Below are positions 39,499 through 49,509 of a DNA stretch of 64,000 nt, piece by piece. This DNA is from an uncultured archaeon (lineage in GTDB: Archaea; Aenigmatarchaeota; Aenigmatarchaeia; CG10238-14; SCSR01). The position numbers and the translations under genes are program-made. Below the pieces are notes generated by a model. The model had not been told where the DNA came from, searched no databases, and saw only the letters and a program-made list of their open reading frames with translations. Where the stretch lies: NCBI GenBank assembly GCA_964400475.1, contig CAYNTH010000001.1, positions 73,957-137,956 of the forward strand, written 5' to 3'. Every line of letters starts with the position of its first letter. The stretch's first letter is position 1.

Positions 39499-40810
39499 TA
39501 AGGGAGTTATAAGCACAATAGAACTATCCATTGTTATAGTCCTATTGTTCGTTTCTTTCCGTGTTTTTTTCCCTGAAACTTCATATAACACAAAATGGGA
39601 AGATGCTTATGGCGTACTCAGAGCACGAGACATGATATTGGTCCTAGAGAGGACTGATAATTTACACAGGTACGCCTTTAACCGCACGGAAATGGATTCA
39701 TTTCTCGATACAATAAGTTCGGGCACTAATTTGATTTTTTGGAACAGTGTTACTGGCGGCATTAAGGGTAATTTTAGAATAGCTTGTAATTGCTCTGATC
39801 AAACCGTATCGGATTTAAATAGCTGGTATGATGACATGACTTTGAATAATAGGGAAATTAATGTAACATTCTGTCATTCGTACATAACATCTACGGATTC
39901 ATGTCTACAAAATTCAGATATGTTGCTAATTATGGGCGAATATTCCGACTTGTCTGGTAACGAAAAAATAATAAATGATTATATATCCGAAGGAAATGGT
40001 ATTGTGCAGTCCGTTGATTTCTATGAAGAAACTCAGATAGAATCTGACAATGTTCAAAAAAATATATTTAATTTGGAATGGAATGGTATCGAAATAGAAT
40101 CCCTTGATTATGTAAGTTTTGAACGGGAACCTAGAAATAACGAGGATATAATCTATACAATTCACAAATATTTTTATCATTTACCATTACCAAAGAAATC
40201 GACTGAAACAGATATAATTACAGGTTGCACTGAAAAGGGGTATATTGAGATTAATTCAAATGAATACTCCTTTTGGATATGTAATAACAATACAGTAATT
40301 TTTGATACAGATGATGATAATATTGCTGACACAGAGGTATCTGAGGAGGAATTCTTTGTTTTAGGTGATGAAAATTTTTATTTGAATTATATTCATGGTA
40401 ATTCTAGAATAAGTTTTTCGTTCAGACCAGATTATGAATTTGATGATTTTCTTTCATTTGTTTACCCCGGTGAGGATGTATTGAGAATTGTAAACGTGAC
40501 TCCACGAGACCAGAATTCTGACAAGGTATTGCTTCTCGGCTCTTCATCTTCTGGCGACTTTCCAGCTTGCATAATTAATGAAGTGCATGGTGGTAAAAGT
40601 GCGTGGATTCCCCTCTTGGGTAAAGACGGATATACGGACGATGAAAAAACTTTATTGTTATCACTTATTCTATGGTCTTCTAATAAGGAATCGAATAGAA
40701 TAGATTTATCTCAAATACGATCTGGGTATAAATCATCATATATTAAAGTAGTTAATAGAGATATGTTTGAAATTTATAAATTTAATTTCGGTATAGGGTA
40801 CCCCTTCTGA
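39482..40810 (+). CDS. large pilin-like protein (candidate minor pilin or tip adhesin)
   Basis: 442 aa MFRYGDKG|VISTIELSIVIVLLFVSF class III-like signal followed by a large Cys- and Asn/Asp-rich extracellular region. Confidence 0.45.
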   Translation: MFRYGDKGVISTIELSIVIVLLFVSFRVFFPETSYNTKWEDAYGVLRARDMILVLERTDNLHRYAFNRTEMDSFLDTISSGTNLIFWNSVTGGIKGNFRIACNCSDQTVSDLNSWYDDMTLNNREINVTFCHSYITSTDSCLQNSDMLLIMGEYSDLSGNEKIINDYISEGNGIVQSVDFYEETQIESDNVQKNIFNLEWNGIEIESLDYVSFEREPRNNEDIIYTIHKYFYHLPLPKKSTETDIITGCTEKGYIEINSNEYSFWICNNNTVIFDTDDDNIADTEVSEEEFFVLGDENFYLNYIHGNSRISFSFRPDYEFDDFLSFVYPGEDVLRIVNVTPRDQNSDKVLLLGSSSSGDFPACIINEVHGGKSAWIPLLGKDGYTDDEKTLLLSLILWSSNKESNRIDLSQIRSGYKSSYIKVVNRDMFEIYKFNFGIGYPF

Positions 40811-40816
40811 TGGTAT

Positions 40817-42694
40817 TTATTTCAATCTCACTGATTCGAGACAATTTGGAACAGAAGTTTCTATTCTAAATAGCTTGTGTATACTTCTTGCCAGGTCTAT
40901 TGATCTGCTTGGTTCTCCATGAGCAATTAAAACCTTTTTCGGTTTTGAAGGCAATCTATTTATGAAACTGAGTAACTGGTTTCTGTCGCTGTGGCCGGAT
41001 AATCCTTCAACAGTATTTACTTCCATGTTTAATTGTATGGTAGTTGTTCTACCGTTTTTAATATCTATTGGAATTTCTTTCCACCCTTTCTGAATTCTTT
41101 TACCCATAGTACCTTTAGCCTGATATCCTACGAATATCAGACTATTTTTTTCATCTTCTGCCAGCGCCTTAAGATGCTCCATCACAGGCCCACCCACTAA
41201 CATTCCTGAAGTAGATAATATGACACATGGTCCTTCTGTCCAAGCTTTTTCCCTTTCAGATCTCGATGCTATTCTGCGAAATATATCGTTTATGAATGGG
41301 TCCTTATTGTTGAATATTTTTCTCTGTATAGATCTTGACATGTATTCGGGATAAGCTGTAAAAATTCCAGTTGCATCCCATATCATTCCATCAATGAATA
41401 CAGGATATTGGAAATCATTTTGTACTAATATCGCCATCACATCTTGAGATCTTTCTACAGAAAACGTTGGTATCACTACACGCCCACCTCTGTTCATAGT
41501 TTTGTTGATTATCTGCATTAGTTCTGTTTCTGCTTCTCTTCTATGTGGCATTATATTTTTAGAACCACCATATGTTGATTCCAATATTAAGGTTTCTAAT
41601 CTTTGGAAATTTGTGAATGCTGGTTCAAACAAAGTTGTTCTTGCATGTTTCATATCACACGCCCACACTATATTGTGCATTCCTTCTCCGATATGGAGAT
41701 GTATTAATGAGGATCCCAAAATGTGTCCAGCATTTTGTAAAGTTAATCTTACATCAGGTGCTATATCAGAAACTTCACCATAATCTAAGGATATGGAATG
41801 TTTTACAGCCTCTTTTACGCTTTTTGCCGTGTATAATGGGTCTGTTCCATTTCGTTGACATACATCGATGTAGTCCAGACACAATAACGCAAACAAATCT
41901 ACGGTAGGTGTTGTACAGTATAATGGACCATCATAACCATATTCGTACAAATAAGGTACCATTCCACAGTGATCTAGATGTGCGTGTGAAATTACTACAG
42001 CATCCAATTCGTTAGGGTCAAATTCCTTTGCATGGAGATATGGATATCTATCCATATCTTGACCACCTAAATTGATTCCACAGTCTACTAACACCTTTGA
42101 TTTCGGTGTTTCGACTAACATACATGATCTTCCAACTTCTCTGAATCCGCCCAGCGCTATTACTCGAATCCAGTCTCTGTTGGTTTCTTTCTTTTCGAAT
42201 ATGTTCTCTCCTATCCTATTTAGAAATTTCTTTCGGAATTTTACTTCAGTATGTAGGACTTTTCTAATACCCTCTATTATTTCCGATTTGATTGATGGCA
42301 CGCGTTCTATTCGGGGGACCCATAGTGTTTCTTTCCGTATTTTTTTGAATGTTTCCCCACCACGACCTATGACCAGTCCTGGTTTTTCCGCAGCGATTAC
42401 TACCAAACTCCGTTCAGATTCAAAATAAATATTTTTAATTTTTGCATCTTTCGGTACAATGTCCATTATGATTTTTTCCGCTGCGTCTTCGTCAACAGTC
42501 AACGATCCTTCGGGTCTTACTTCTATCCTTTTCTTCATTTCACTTACTATCTGTTTGATTATATTTTCGTGATTTTTGAAAAATTCTTCGCTTTTGGTAT
42601 AAACTATTATTTCAGAGCCTTCTAGCTCAATCCTACTTATTACTTCCTTAGGTAAAAAATTCTTAACTTTCTCTAATATTTCCATAATATTCAC
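40817..42694 (-). CDS. archaeal CPSF-like beta-CASP ribonuclease with N-terminal KH domains (aCPSF1)
   Basis: 625 aa. KH motif VIGRGGETFKKI, then an MBL/beta-CASP domain (VISHAHLDHCGMVPYL plus downstream His motifs). Confidence 0.9.
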   Translation of the reverse strand: MNIMEILEKVKNFLPKEVISRIELEGSEIIVYTKSEEFFKNHENIIKQIVSEMKKRIEVRPEGSLTVDEDAAEKIIMDIVPKDAKIKNIYFESERSLVVIAAEKPGLVIGRGGETFKKIRKETLWVPRIERVPSIKSEIIEGIRKVLHTEVKFRKKFLNRIGENIFEKKETNRDWIRVIALGGFREVGRSCMLVETPKSKVLVDCGINLGGQDMDRYPYLHAKEFDPNELDAVVISHAHLDHCGMVPYLYEYGYDGPLYCTTPTVDLFALLCLDYIDVCQRNGTDPLYTAKSVKEAVKHSISLDYGEVSDIAPDVRLTLQNAGHILGSSLIHLHIGEGMHNIVWACDMKHARTTLFEPAFTNFQRLETLILESTYGGSKNIMPHRREAETELMQIINKTMNRGGRVVIPTFSVERSQDVMAILVQNDFQYPVFIDGMIWDATGIFTAYPEYMSRSIQRKIFNNKDPFINDIFRRIASRSEREKAWTEGPCVILSTSGMLVGGPVMEHLKALAEDEKNSLIFVGYQAKGTMGKRIQKGWKEIPIDIKNGRTTTIQLNMEVNTVEGLSGHSDRNQLLSFINRLPSKPKKVLIAHGEPSRSIDLARSIHKLFRIETSVPNCLESVRLK

Positions 42695-42773
42695 ATGTTA
42701 TTTACTAAGCACTTTCCTGTTAATTGTAAAAATGATATTCGATAATGTATCATTATCTATGCTTCGATTACTT

Positions 42774-43409
42774 TCACTCAGGTTTCATTGGGTATTCTTT
42801 CCTTTCCAACCCATCTTCGGTTATTTTGATTATATCTATGCCTTTCCCACCAGATGCTATATCTCTCTCAACTGCTGCTCTTATTGCTCTTACAGCCAGA
42901 TTCTCGCCATCGGATATTGATAATCCTTCACTATATTTGTCTTCTAGCACACCTAGTGCAAACGGTGATCCAGATCCTGTTGAGAAAAATTTCTTTTCTT
43001 CTTCTATTGCTCCTATAGCATCTAAACTGTAGATATGTCCACCCTTTTTATCTTGACCCGCTATTATCAATTGTACCATATATGGCATGAATGTCCATCT
43101 CCCGTTATGTAATATATTCGCCAGTAAAGTTGTGGCACCCTTTACGGATATCTTTCTTTGATTTTGAATGGAAAATAGCTTCAGCTCCGCTTTCATATAT
43201 CTTACTAGTGTCTGAGCATCTCCGCTTGCACCAGCAATTGTCATTGCTATATGTCCGTCCAATTCATGTATTTTTTCAGTTTCTTTACTAGCTACAAGAT
43301 ATCCCATGGTGGCTTTCTTTTCAGCTGCTAAAACTACGCCATCTTTACATACAATTCCAATAGTAGTTGTTCCAGTTTTTTTTATTTCCGGTTTTTCGAT
43401 TTTTCCCAA
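42774..43409 (-). CDS. psmB: proteasome subunit beta
   Basis: 211 aa with propeptide then active-site TTTIGIVCKDGVVLAAEKKAT. Confidence 0.9.
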   Translation of the reverse strand: MGKIEKPEIKKTGTTTIGIVCKDGVVLAAEKKATMGYLVASKETEKIHELDGHIAMTIAGASGDAQTLVRYMKAELKLFSIQNQRKISVKGATTLLANILHNGRWTFMPYMVQLIIAGQDKKGGHIYSLDAIGAIEEEKKFFSTGSGSPFALGVLEDKYSEGLSISDGENLAVRAIRAAVERDIASGGKGIDIIKITEDGLERKEYPMKPE

Positions 43410-43512
43410 ATTAATCTCCTTTGTTATTATTCTTTTTTCATCCAGAATCAGATAGAATATTTGGATGATAAATTAAATTATGTTGCGACTTTTAAATACT
43501 TTTTTATTGTAT

Positions 43513-44967
43513 TCAATATTGTTTTGATATATATACTATTTTTTCAGTGTCTTTTTGGCAATGGACGCATTTACCCTTTCTATTTTCATCCTTGCCGAAT
43601 AATTTACCTCTTATGACCCCTCCATCGGTCTTTGCCTGTATATGATCTGAGCATTCTTTGTCACCACACCAGTTGATTCTTACAAATCCTCCTTTACCAT
43701 CCAGGATTTTTTTTAATTCTTTGATATTACTCGCATCATCTATATTTTCATCAAAGAATTTATCCGCCCTTTTGATCAGATTTGATTGGATTTTATCTAA
43801 TGTTGTATTAACTTCATTTTTCAATTTACTCTGTTTGACTTTTTCTTTTTTTTCCGTATCCCTCCTAACAAAAATTACTTGGTCATTCTTGATGTCTTTT
43901 GGACCAATTTCTATTCTTAATGGGACCCCTTTCAGTTCCCATTCATTGAACTTCCACCCAGGTGTATATTCGTCTCTATCATCAATCCTGATTCTGATGC
44001 CATTTAGTTTATTTTTAACTTTTTCAGCTTCTTTTAGTATCTTTTCTCTATTTTTTTCGTTGTATATTGGGATTATGATTGCTTGTACTGGTGCAATTTC
44101 TGGGGGCAATATCAATCCTTTATCATCACCGTGTATACTAATTACCGCTGCGTATATTCTTGATACAGCTGGACCGTAACACGTTGTCCAAACATACTTT
44201 TCATCTCCATTTCGATCTGTGTACTTTATATCAAAAGCCTTTGGAAATTCCTGCTTCAATAGGTGGGTTGATGGCAATTGTAGTGCCTTTCCATCAGGCA
44301 TTATGGTGTCTGCGGCAAATGTGCTAAATGCACCCGGAAATTTGTCGTGATCGGGTCTCTCGAAAAATAGGAACGGTATTCCGAATTTTCCATGCAGTAC
44401 GTTTTCAGTTATAACCATGTCTTCTCTAACTTGTTTTTCCGCATCTTCTTTAGTTTCAAATGCGTTGTGCGATTCTATCCAATGAAATTCCCTGCTTCTT
44501 ATGAAAGGCCTGGTGGATTTTCCTTCATATCTCCAAACTTGACATCTTTGATACAATTTTAGAGGCAAATCTCGCCAACTTCTTATCCATAACGGAAAAA
44601 CACTATATATAGCCGTTTCACTTGTCGGCCGGAGTGCCAATTTTTCCTCTAATTTCTTAGAATCGCTTCCCGCTTCGGTTATCCAGAATACTTCAGCAGA
44701 AAATCCTTCGATGTGTTCAGATTCCTTCTTGAAGTTAGATTCGGGTATGACCGCTGGTAGCCATACAGGCGAATGTCCCTTTTCTTGTAACTCATCTTCT
44801 AAAAAATCATACATGAGTTCCATGGACAACACAGACCAAGGTCTAAATACAATGAATCCCTTTACATTGTACCTTATGTCCGATAATTCGGCTTTGTTTA
44901 TAACTTGTGTATACCACTCCGAGAAATCTTCGGACTTCTTTACTGTTAATCCTTCCTGTTCTGACAT
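43513..44967 (-). CDS. proS: prolyl-tRNA synthetase, archaeal/eukaryotic type
   Basis: 484 aa with class II catalytic motifs and the C-terminal Zn-binding extension ending in Tyr (CVHCQKDTEKIVYISKQY). Confidence 0.9.
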   Translation of the reverse strand: MSEQEGLTVKKSEDFSEWYTQVINKAELSDIRYNVKGFIVFRPWSVLSMELMYDFLEDELQEKGHSPVWLPAVIPESNFKKESEHIEGFSAEVFWITEAGSDSKKLEEKLALRPTSETAIYSVFPLWIRSWRDLPLKLYQRCQVWRYEGKSTRPFIRSREFHWIESHNAFETKEDAEKQVREDMVITENVLHGKFGIPFLFFERPDHDKFPGAFSTFAADTIMPDGKALQLPSTHLLKQEFPKAFDIKYTDRNGDEKYVWTTCYGPAVSRIYAAVISIHGDDKGLILPPEIAPVQAIIIPIYNEKNREKILKEAEKVKNKLNGIRIRIDDRDEYTPGWKFNEWELKGVPLRIEIGPKDIKNDQVIFVRRDTEKKEKVKQSKLKNEVNTTLDKIQSNLIKRADKFFDENIDDASNIKELKKILDGKGGFVRINWCGDKECSDHIQAKTDGGVIRGKLFGKDENRKGKCVHCQKDTEKIVYISKQY

Positions 44968-45095
44968 CTACGCACCATACAAATAATAAATTTTATATTA
45001 ATATATTGATTTCTTTATATTCAAATCCAACGGAATTGATTATTAGAAAAGACCTTTATTTTTGATTATTGATAGTTATAGAAGAAGTGATTTTA

Positions 45096-46334
45096 ATGAA
45101 AATAGCTGTTCTATCGGACTTTCATTTTGGATATGGTTATAACACCGTGTTGGAGAATGACAGTTTTGACAATTTTAAAGAAGCCATAGAGAAGGCACTC
45201 GATTCCGATTTGATTTTGATAGCTGGCGATATTTTTGACACCAAGTTTCCAAAAACTCCCATATGGTCAAGTGCGATTAGACTTCTAGTCAAACCGATGA
45301 TACAGGAGAACAGCGGGGTTAAATTAATCAGCTGTAGTAAGGAATTGTCGGAGATATCCAAGAGAACTTTAAACCACGTACCAATTGTTGCCCTTCATGG
45401 GAATCATGAATTTCGAGGCAGGACGACTAACACATTGGAAACTCTGGAGAATGCTGGATTATTGATACATTTGCATAAAGATAGTGTAGTTTTTGAAAAG
45501 GACGGTACTAAGATAGCAATTCATGGAATGTCGTGGGTACCTGACAGATATGCAAAAAAGGAGCTCAAAGAATGGAATCCCAGTCCAGTTCCAGGATGCG
45601 TGAATTTAATAATGTTCCATCAGAGCATAAGTCCTTTTGTATATTCTCCTCTGGAAGCACCGAGTTTGTCTGAACAAGATCTTCCCAATGGATTCGATAT
45701 AATTATAGATGGACATCTTCATAATCCTGGGAAAGAGAACATCGGTGGAATTCCGCTACTGTTCCCAGGAAGTACTGTAATAACACAATTCGACAAGGCA
45801 GAATCTAGGAATAAGAAAGGTTTTTATGAAATTATAATTGAAGATGATGGGAAGTTTGATATAAATTTCGTACCCCTTGAGACGACCCGTCCATTCTTCT
45901 TTGAGGACGTTGATATTAATGGAGATTTGAGGGAAAACATTGAAACAAAGTTAGACGAAGTTCTCGATGAATCCGACAATGGTAAGAATCCTCTGGTTAA
46001 ATTGAAGATTAAAGGCAAGGACAGCGAATATCTGGAAAAAGAAATAAAGGCGATTGAACAAAAATATGAAAATCGTGCAATACTTAGATTTGTTAAAGAA
46101 CTTGAGTCTGAAAAGATGAAGGAAAAGGTTGAATTTTTAAGGAATATGAGAGATCAAAAATTGTCAGCCCAGGAAATGGGATTGAAATTATTGCATAAAA
46201 ATTTGGACGAATTGGGGTTTAATTCAACTTTTAGAGTGGACGATGTATTTTCTCTTTTGATGGAAGGTAGATTGGACGATACTCTTGAAAAAATTTCCAA
46301 TAAAGATATAGCAGGTGATGTTGTTGATAAGTAA
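45096..46334 (+). CDS. mre11: DNA double-strand break repair nuclease Mre11
   Basis: Phosphoesterase motifs I-V (MKIAVLSDFHFG, GDIFD, HGNHE, GHLH). Start moved to MKIAVLSD (ATG about 45096). Confidence 0.85.
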   Translation: MKIAVLSDFHFGYGYNTVLENDSFDNFKEAIEKALDSDLILIAGDIFDTKFPKTPIWSSAIRLLVKPMIQENSGVKLISCSKELSEISKRTLNHVPIVALHGNHEFRGRTTNTLETLENAGLLIHLHKDSVVFEKDGTKIAIHGMSWVPDRYAKKELKEWNPSPVPGCVNLIMFHQSISPFVYSPLEAPSLSEQDLPNGFDIIIDGHLHNPGKENIGGIPLLFPGSTVITQFDKAESRNKKGFYEIIIEDDGKFDINFVPLETTRPFFFEDVDINGDLRENIETKLDEVLDESDNGKNPLVKLKIKGKDSEYLEKEIKAIEQKYENRAILRFVKELESEKMKEKVEFLRNMRDQKLSAQEMGLKLLHKNLDELGFNSTFRVDDVFSLLMEGRLDDTLEKISNKDIAGDVVDK

Positions 46335-48699
46335 GCTGATAATGAATAATTGGAAATCACATGAAGAATCGGAGTTAGAATTCTCTCCTGGCACCAACGG
46401 ACTCATAGGGATAGTCGGTAGTGGAAAAACCAGCGTGTTGGACGCCATTTGTTTCTCATTGTTCGGAACATTCCCTAAATTACAATATCGTAAGATAAAA
46501 TTAGACGATGTGATAATGAAAAAACCGGAGATGAAAGATTATGCTGAGGTCGAAATATTTTTTGTGATGAATGGTAATGAATATTCCGTTAAAAGGATAA
46601 TAGAGCGGGGAAGGGGGACATCCTATTCGGAAATTAAAGAAAATGGTAAAATGTTGGAATCACCAAGCACGACCAATGTCACAAATATAGTTGAAAATAA
46701 GCTTAAGGTGAATTATGAACTCTTCAGCAAAGCAATATATTCTGAGCAGAATTCTGTTGATTATTTCTTGAGACTTGGCAAAGGAGAACGAATGAAAAAA
46801 ATCGACGAGCTTTTAATGATAAACCGATTTGAAAAAACCCGTTCGAATAGTGTTAAGTTAACCAATAAATTGATAGAGCGTAAAGTGGCCAAGCAGGATG
46901 TGTTAGATAAATTGAACATTGATGAGATCAGAAAACAGATAGATGACATTAAAAAATCGATTTCTAATTTAAAGGATGAGCAGGTTAGATATAAGAACGA
47001 ATTGAGCAGTATATCGGAAAAAAGAAAACAGACTGAAAATGAAGTTAACAAGTTAAAGAGATTCAAAGAAAAGTTCGAAAAATTAAAAAGAAGTGAGAAT
47101 GGATTATCGGCTAGTATAGAAACTTTGATGGCAGATATTTCCGAGATTGAAAATAAGTTAAGTGATATGGAACTTGATGGATCCGATATCGAAAATCAAC
47201 TCTCTAAATACGAAAAAAATGTTAAGAATTTTAACAATTTATTGAAGGAAAAGAGGTCAGAATATGATAAAATTAGGGAAGAGTTTACAGAGATTTCTAC
47301 AAAAATTGAATTTATGAAGAACGATAAAATCGATAAGTTAAAATCGGATATCGAAAAAAAAATTGAGATAAACCGCAGGGTTAAATCGATAAAGGACGAC
47401 AATCCTGGCAATTTGGATGAAGTAATATCTGATAAAAAATCCCAACTACATGAATTGATAGCTCATATGGAGTCTGTCAGGGCCAAGGTTGAGAACCTGC
47501 AGGAACAAATTGAGAAAATAGATTCTGTTAAAGGCGAATGTCCCGTTTGCGGTACCAAATTATCTGATGAAAAGAAATCAGAGCTGTTAAATGAGAAAAA
47601 GGAGTTGGTAAATGAATTAAGAGAAAAAATAGCGAAAGCTAAAAGGGACAGGATCCTGAAAGAGGATAATATTAAGGAATTGGAAAAGAAGTGTGATTTA
47701 TTGAACGATTTGATTCGAGAAATATCTGATTTGGACGATGTAAAAAATGAATTTAAAAAGACCAAATCTCTTTTATCGGATTATTCCTCTAAAAAATATG
47801 AGTTCAAATCCTTGATGGAAGAGTTGAGTAAAGATGTTTCCGATTTGAACGAAAAGTTAGATTGCGCTACTAGTAAAAAACAGCGTCTAAGTTTGTTGAA
47901 GTCTCAAGTCGATAGTTACAAAAATAAGAAAGAAAGGATTTCCAGTCTGAAATCAGAGAAAGAAAAAATAGATTCCAAGTTGAATAATATTGCGGATGAA
48001 TTGGATTCTGATAGGTTGGTCAAGAATGATAATCTTTTGAAGGATTTAATTTCCAGAGAAAAAGAACTTGAAATGAGATTGTCTGGATCTAACGATGTTC
48101 TAAATGAAAAAACGGTCAGATTGTCTGAGTACAAGAAGTCGTTGAATTTAGCTGAGAGAGAACGAGAAATAATAGAATCTTTGGATAGGATAATAAAGGA
48201 TTTAAAAATATTCACAAAGGCTCTTAAACAGACTCAACAAGAGCTCAGAAAAGAATTCATTGAGGCGGTCAATTATACGATGAATAAGTTATGGGAAACG
48301 CTATATCCCTATCAAGATTTTATCGGTATACGATTAAACATAGAGAAGGGGGATTATGTATTACAACTCCAAGAGCGTACAACCAAGTGGGTGGATGTTG
48401 AGGGAGCCGCTTCTGGAGGAGAACGTAGTATAGCTTGTTTGGCATTGAGGATGTCATTCGCGATGGTATTGGCCCCACAGTTGAGGTGGTTGGTGTTGGA
48501 CGAACCCACCCATAATTTGGACAGTAAATCTGTTGAAGATCTTTCGCAGACTTTAAGAGAAAGAATAAATGATATAGTTGATCAGGTTTTCGTTATTACT
48601 CACGACGAAAATTTGGAAACAGCGATAACGGGTAATTTATATCGCTTAGAGAGGGATAAAAGTAAGGATGAAGCAACGAAGATAATATCTTTGAATTAA
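46315..48699 (+). CDS. rad50: DNA double-strand break repair ATPase Rad50
   Basis: 794 aa. Walker A GIVGSGKTSVLDAICFSLFG, long coiled coil with zinc hook CPVCGT, C-terminal signature/Walker B LVLDEPTHNLD. Overlaps the mre11 end by 20 nt. Confidence 0.9.
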   Translation: MMLLISKLIMNNWKSHEESELEFSPGTNGLIGIVGSGKTSVLDAICFSLFGTFPKLQYRKIKLDDVIMKKPEMKDYAEVEIFFVMNGNEYSVKRIIERGRGTSYSEIKENGKMLESPSTTNVTNIVENKLKVNYELFSKAIYSEQNSVDYFLRLGKGERMKKIDELLMINRFEKTRSNSVKLTNKLIERKVAKQDVLDKLNIDEIRKQIDDIKKSISNLKDEQVRYKNELSSISEKRKQTENEVNKLKRFKEKFEKLKRSENGLSASIETLMADISEIENKLSDMELDGSDIENQLSKYEKNVKNFNNLLKEKRSEYDKIREEFTEISTKIEFMKNDKIDKLKSDIEKKIEINRRVKSIKDDNPGNLDEVISDKKSQLHELIAHMESVRAKVENLQEQIEKIDSVKGECPVCGTKLSDEKKSELLNEKKELVNELREKIAKAKRDRILKEDNIKELEKKCDLLNDLIREISDLDDVKNEFKKTKSLLSDYSSKKYEFKSLMEELSKDVSDLNEKLDCATSKKQRLSLLKSQVDSYKNKKERISSLKSEKEKIDSKLNNIADELDSDRLVKNDNLLKDLISREKELEMRLSGSNDVLNEKTVRLSEYKKSLNLAEREREIIESLDRIIKDLKIFTKALKQTQQELRKEFIEAVNYTMNKLWETLYPYQDFIGIRLNIEKGDYVLQLQERTTKWVDVEGAASGGERSIACLALRMSFAMVLAPQLRWLVLDEPTHNLDSKSVEDLSQTLRERINDIVDQVFVITHDENLETAITGNLYRLERDKSKDEATKIISLN

Positions 48700-48738
48700 T
48701 TCTTTAATTTTAATCTTTTCATAATATTTGTGATTTAG

Positions 48739-49509
48739 ATGTCGGTTAGATTTATCAAAGACGAACCAGCTCTAGCAATAGAAGATTCCGAGCTTGGTAA
48801 TATTCTGGTAATAGCTGATCTTCATTTAGGATTCGAAAGCGAATTATATCACGATGGAATCGTTATAGCACCCCAATCTGAAAAATTATACAAAATGATA
48901 GTAAATCTGATAGATTCTACAAATTCAGATACTCTTGTTATTTTAGGAGACCTCAAACATAAAATCCCCGGTATTAGCTTTAGGGAAATGACTGAAATAC
49001 CTAAACTGGTCTCCCCATTATCTGAGAAGGTTGATATAATACTCGTTAAGGGCAATCACGATACTGAGTTAAAAAATCTGATACCAGACAACGTTGAAAT
49101 TCATGAATCAGGTGGATTTAAGTTGGGAAAATATGGATTTCTGCATGGACACGCTTGGCCCAATAAAAATGTATTGAAAGCGGATCATCTCTTAACTGCT
49201 CACATACACCCTATTATCGAGTTCGTAGATGACCTTGGGTTTAGAATCGTAGAGAAAATATGGGCAAAAGGAGACGTCAACAAAGACAAATTGCGTGAAA
49301 AATATAAAATAGAAGGCGGTTTTAGATTCGGTAATTTAGAGACTATATTCTTTCCAGTATTTAATCCAATTATTAGCGGTTACCCTTTGAATAGAAGTGG
49401 AAACGACAGATACATAGGGCCGTTATTGAGGAACAAGATAATCGATGCAGACTCTTTAGAAATATATATGCTCGATGGTACATCGCTAGGCAAATTGGCA
49501 AATATTTAA
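48739..49509 (+). CDS. SbcD/Mre11-related calcineurin-like metallophosphoesterase
   Basis: 256 aa with motifs ADLHLG, GDLKH, GNHD, HGH and AHIHP. It resembles the small archaeal SbcD-related phosphoesterase family rather than NurA. Confidence 0.55.
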   Translation: MSVRFIKDEPALAIEDSELGNILVIADLHLGFESELYHDGIVIAPQSEKLYKMIVNLIDSTNSDTLVILGDLKHKIPGISFREMTEIPKLVSPLSEKVDIILVKGNHDTELKNLIPDNVEIHESGGFKLGKYGFLHGHAWPNKNVLKADHLLTAHIHPIIEFVDDLGFRIVEKIWAKGDVNKDKLREKYKIEGGFRFGNLETIFFPVFNPIISGYPLNRSGNDRYIGPLLRNKIIDADSLEIYMLDGTSLGKLANI

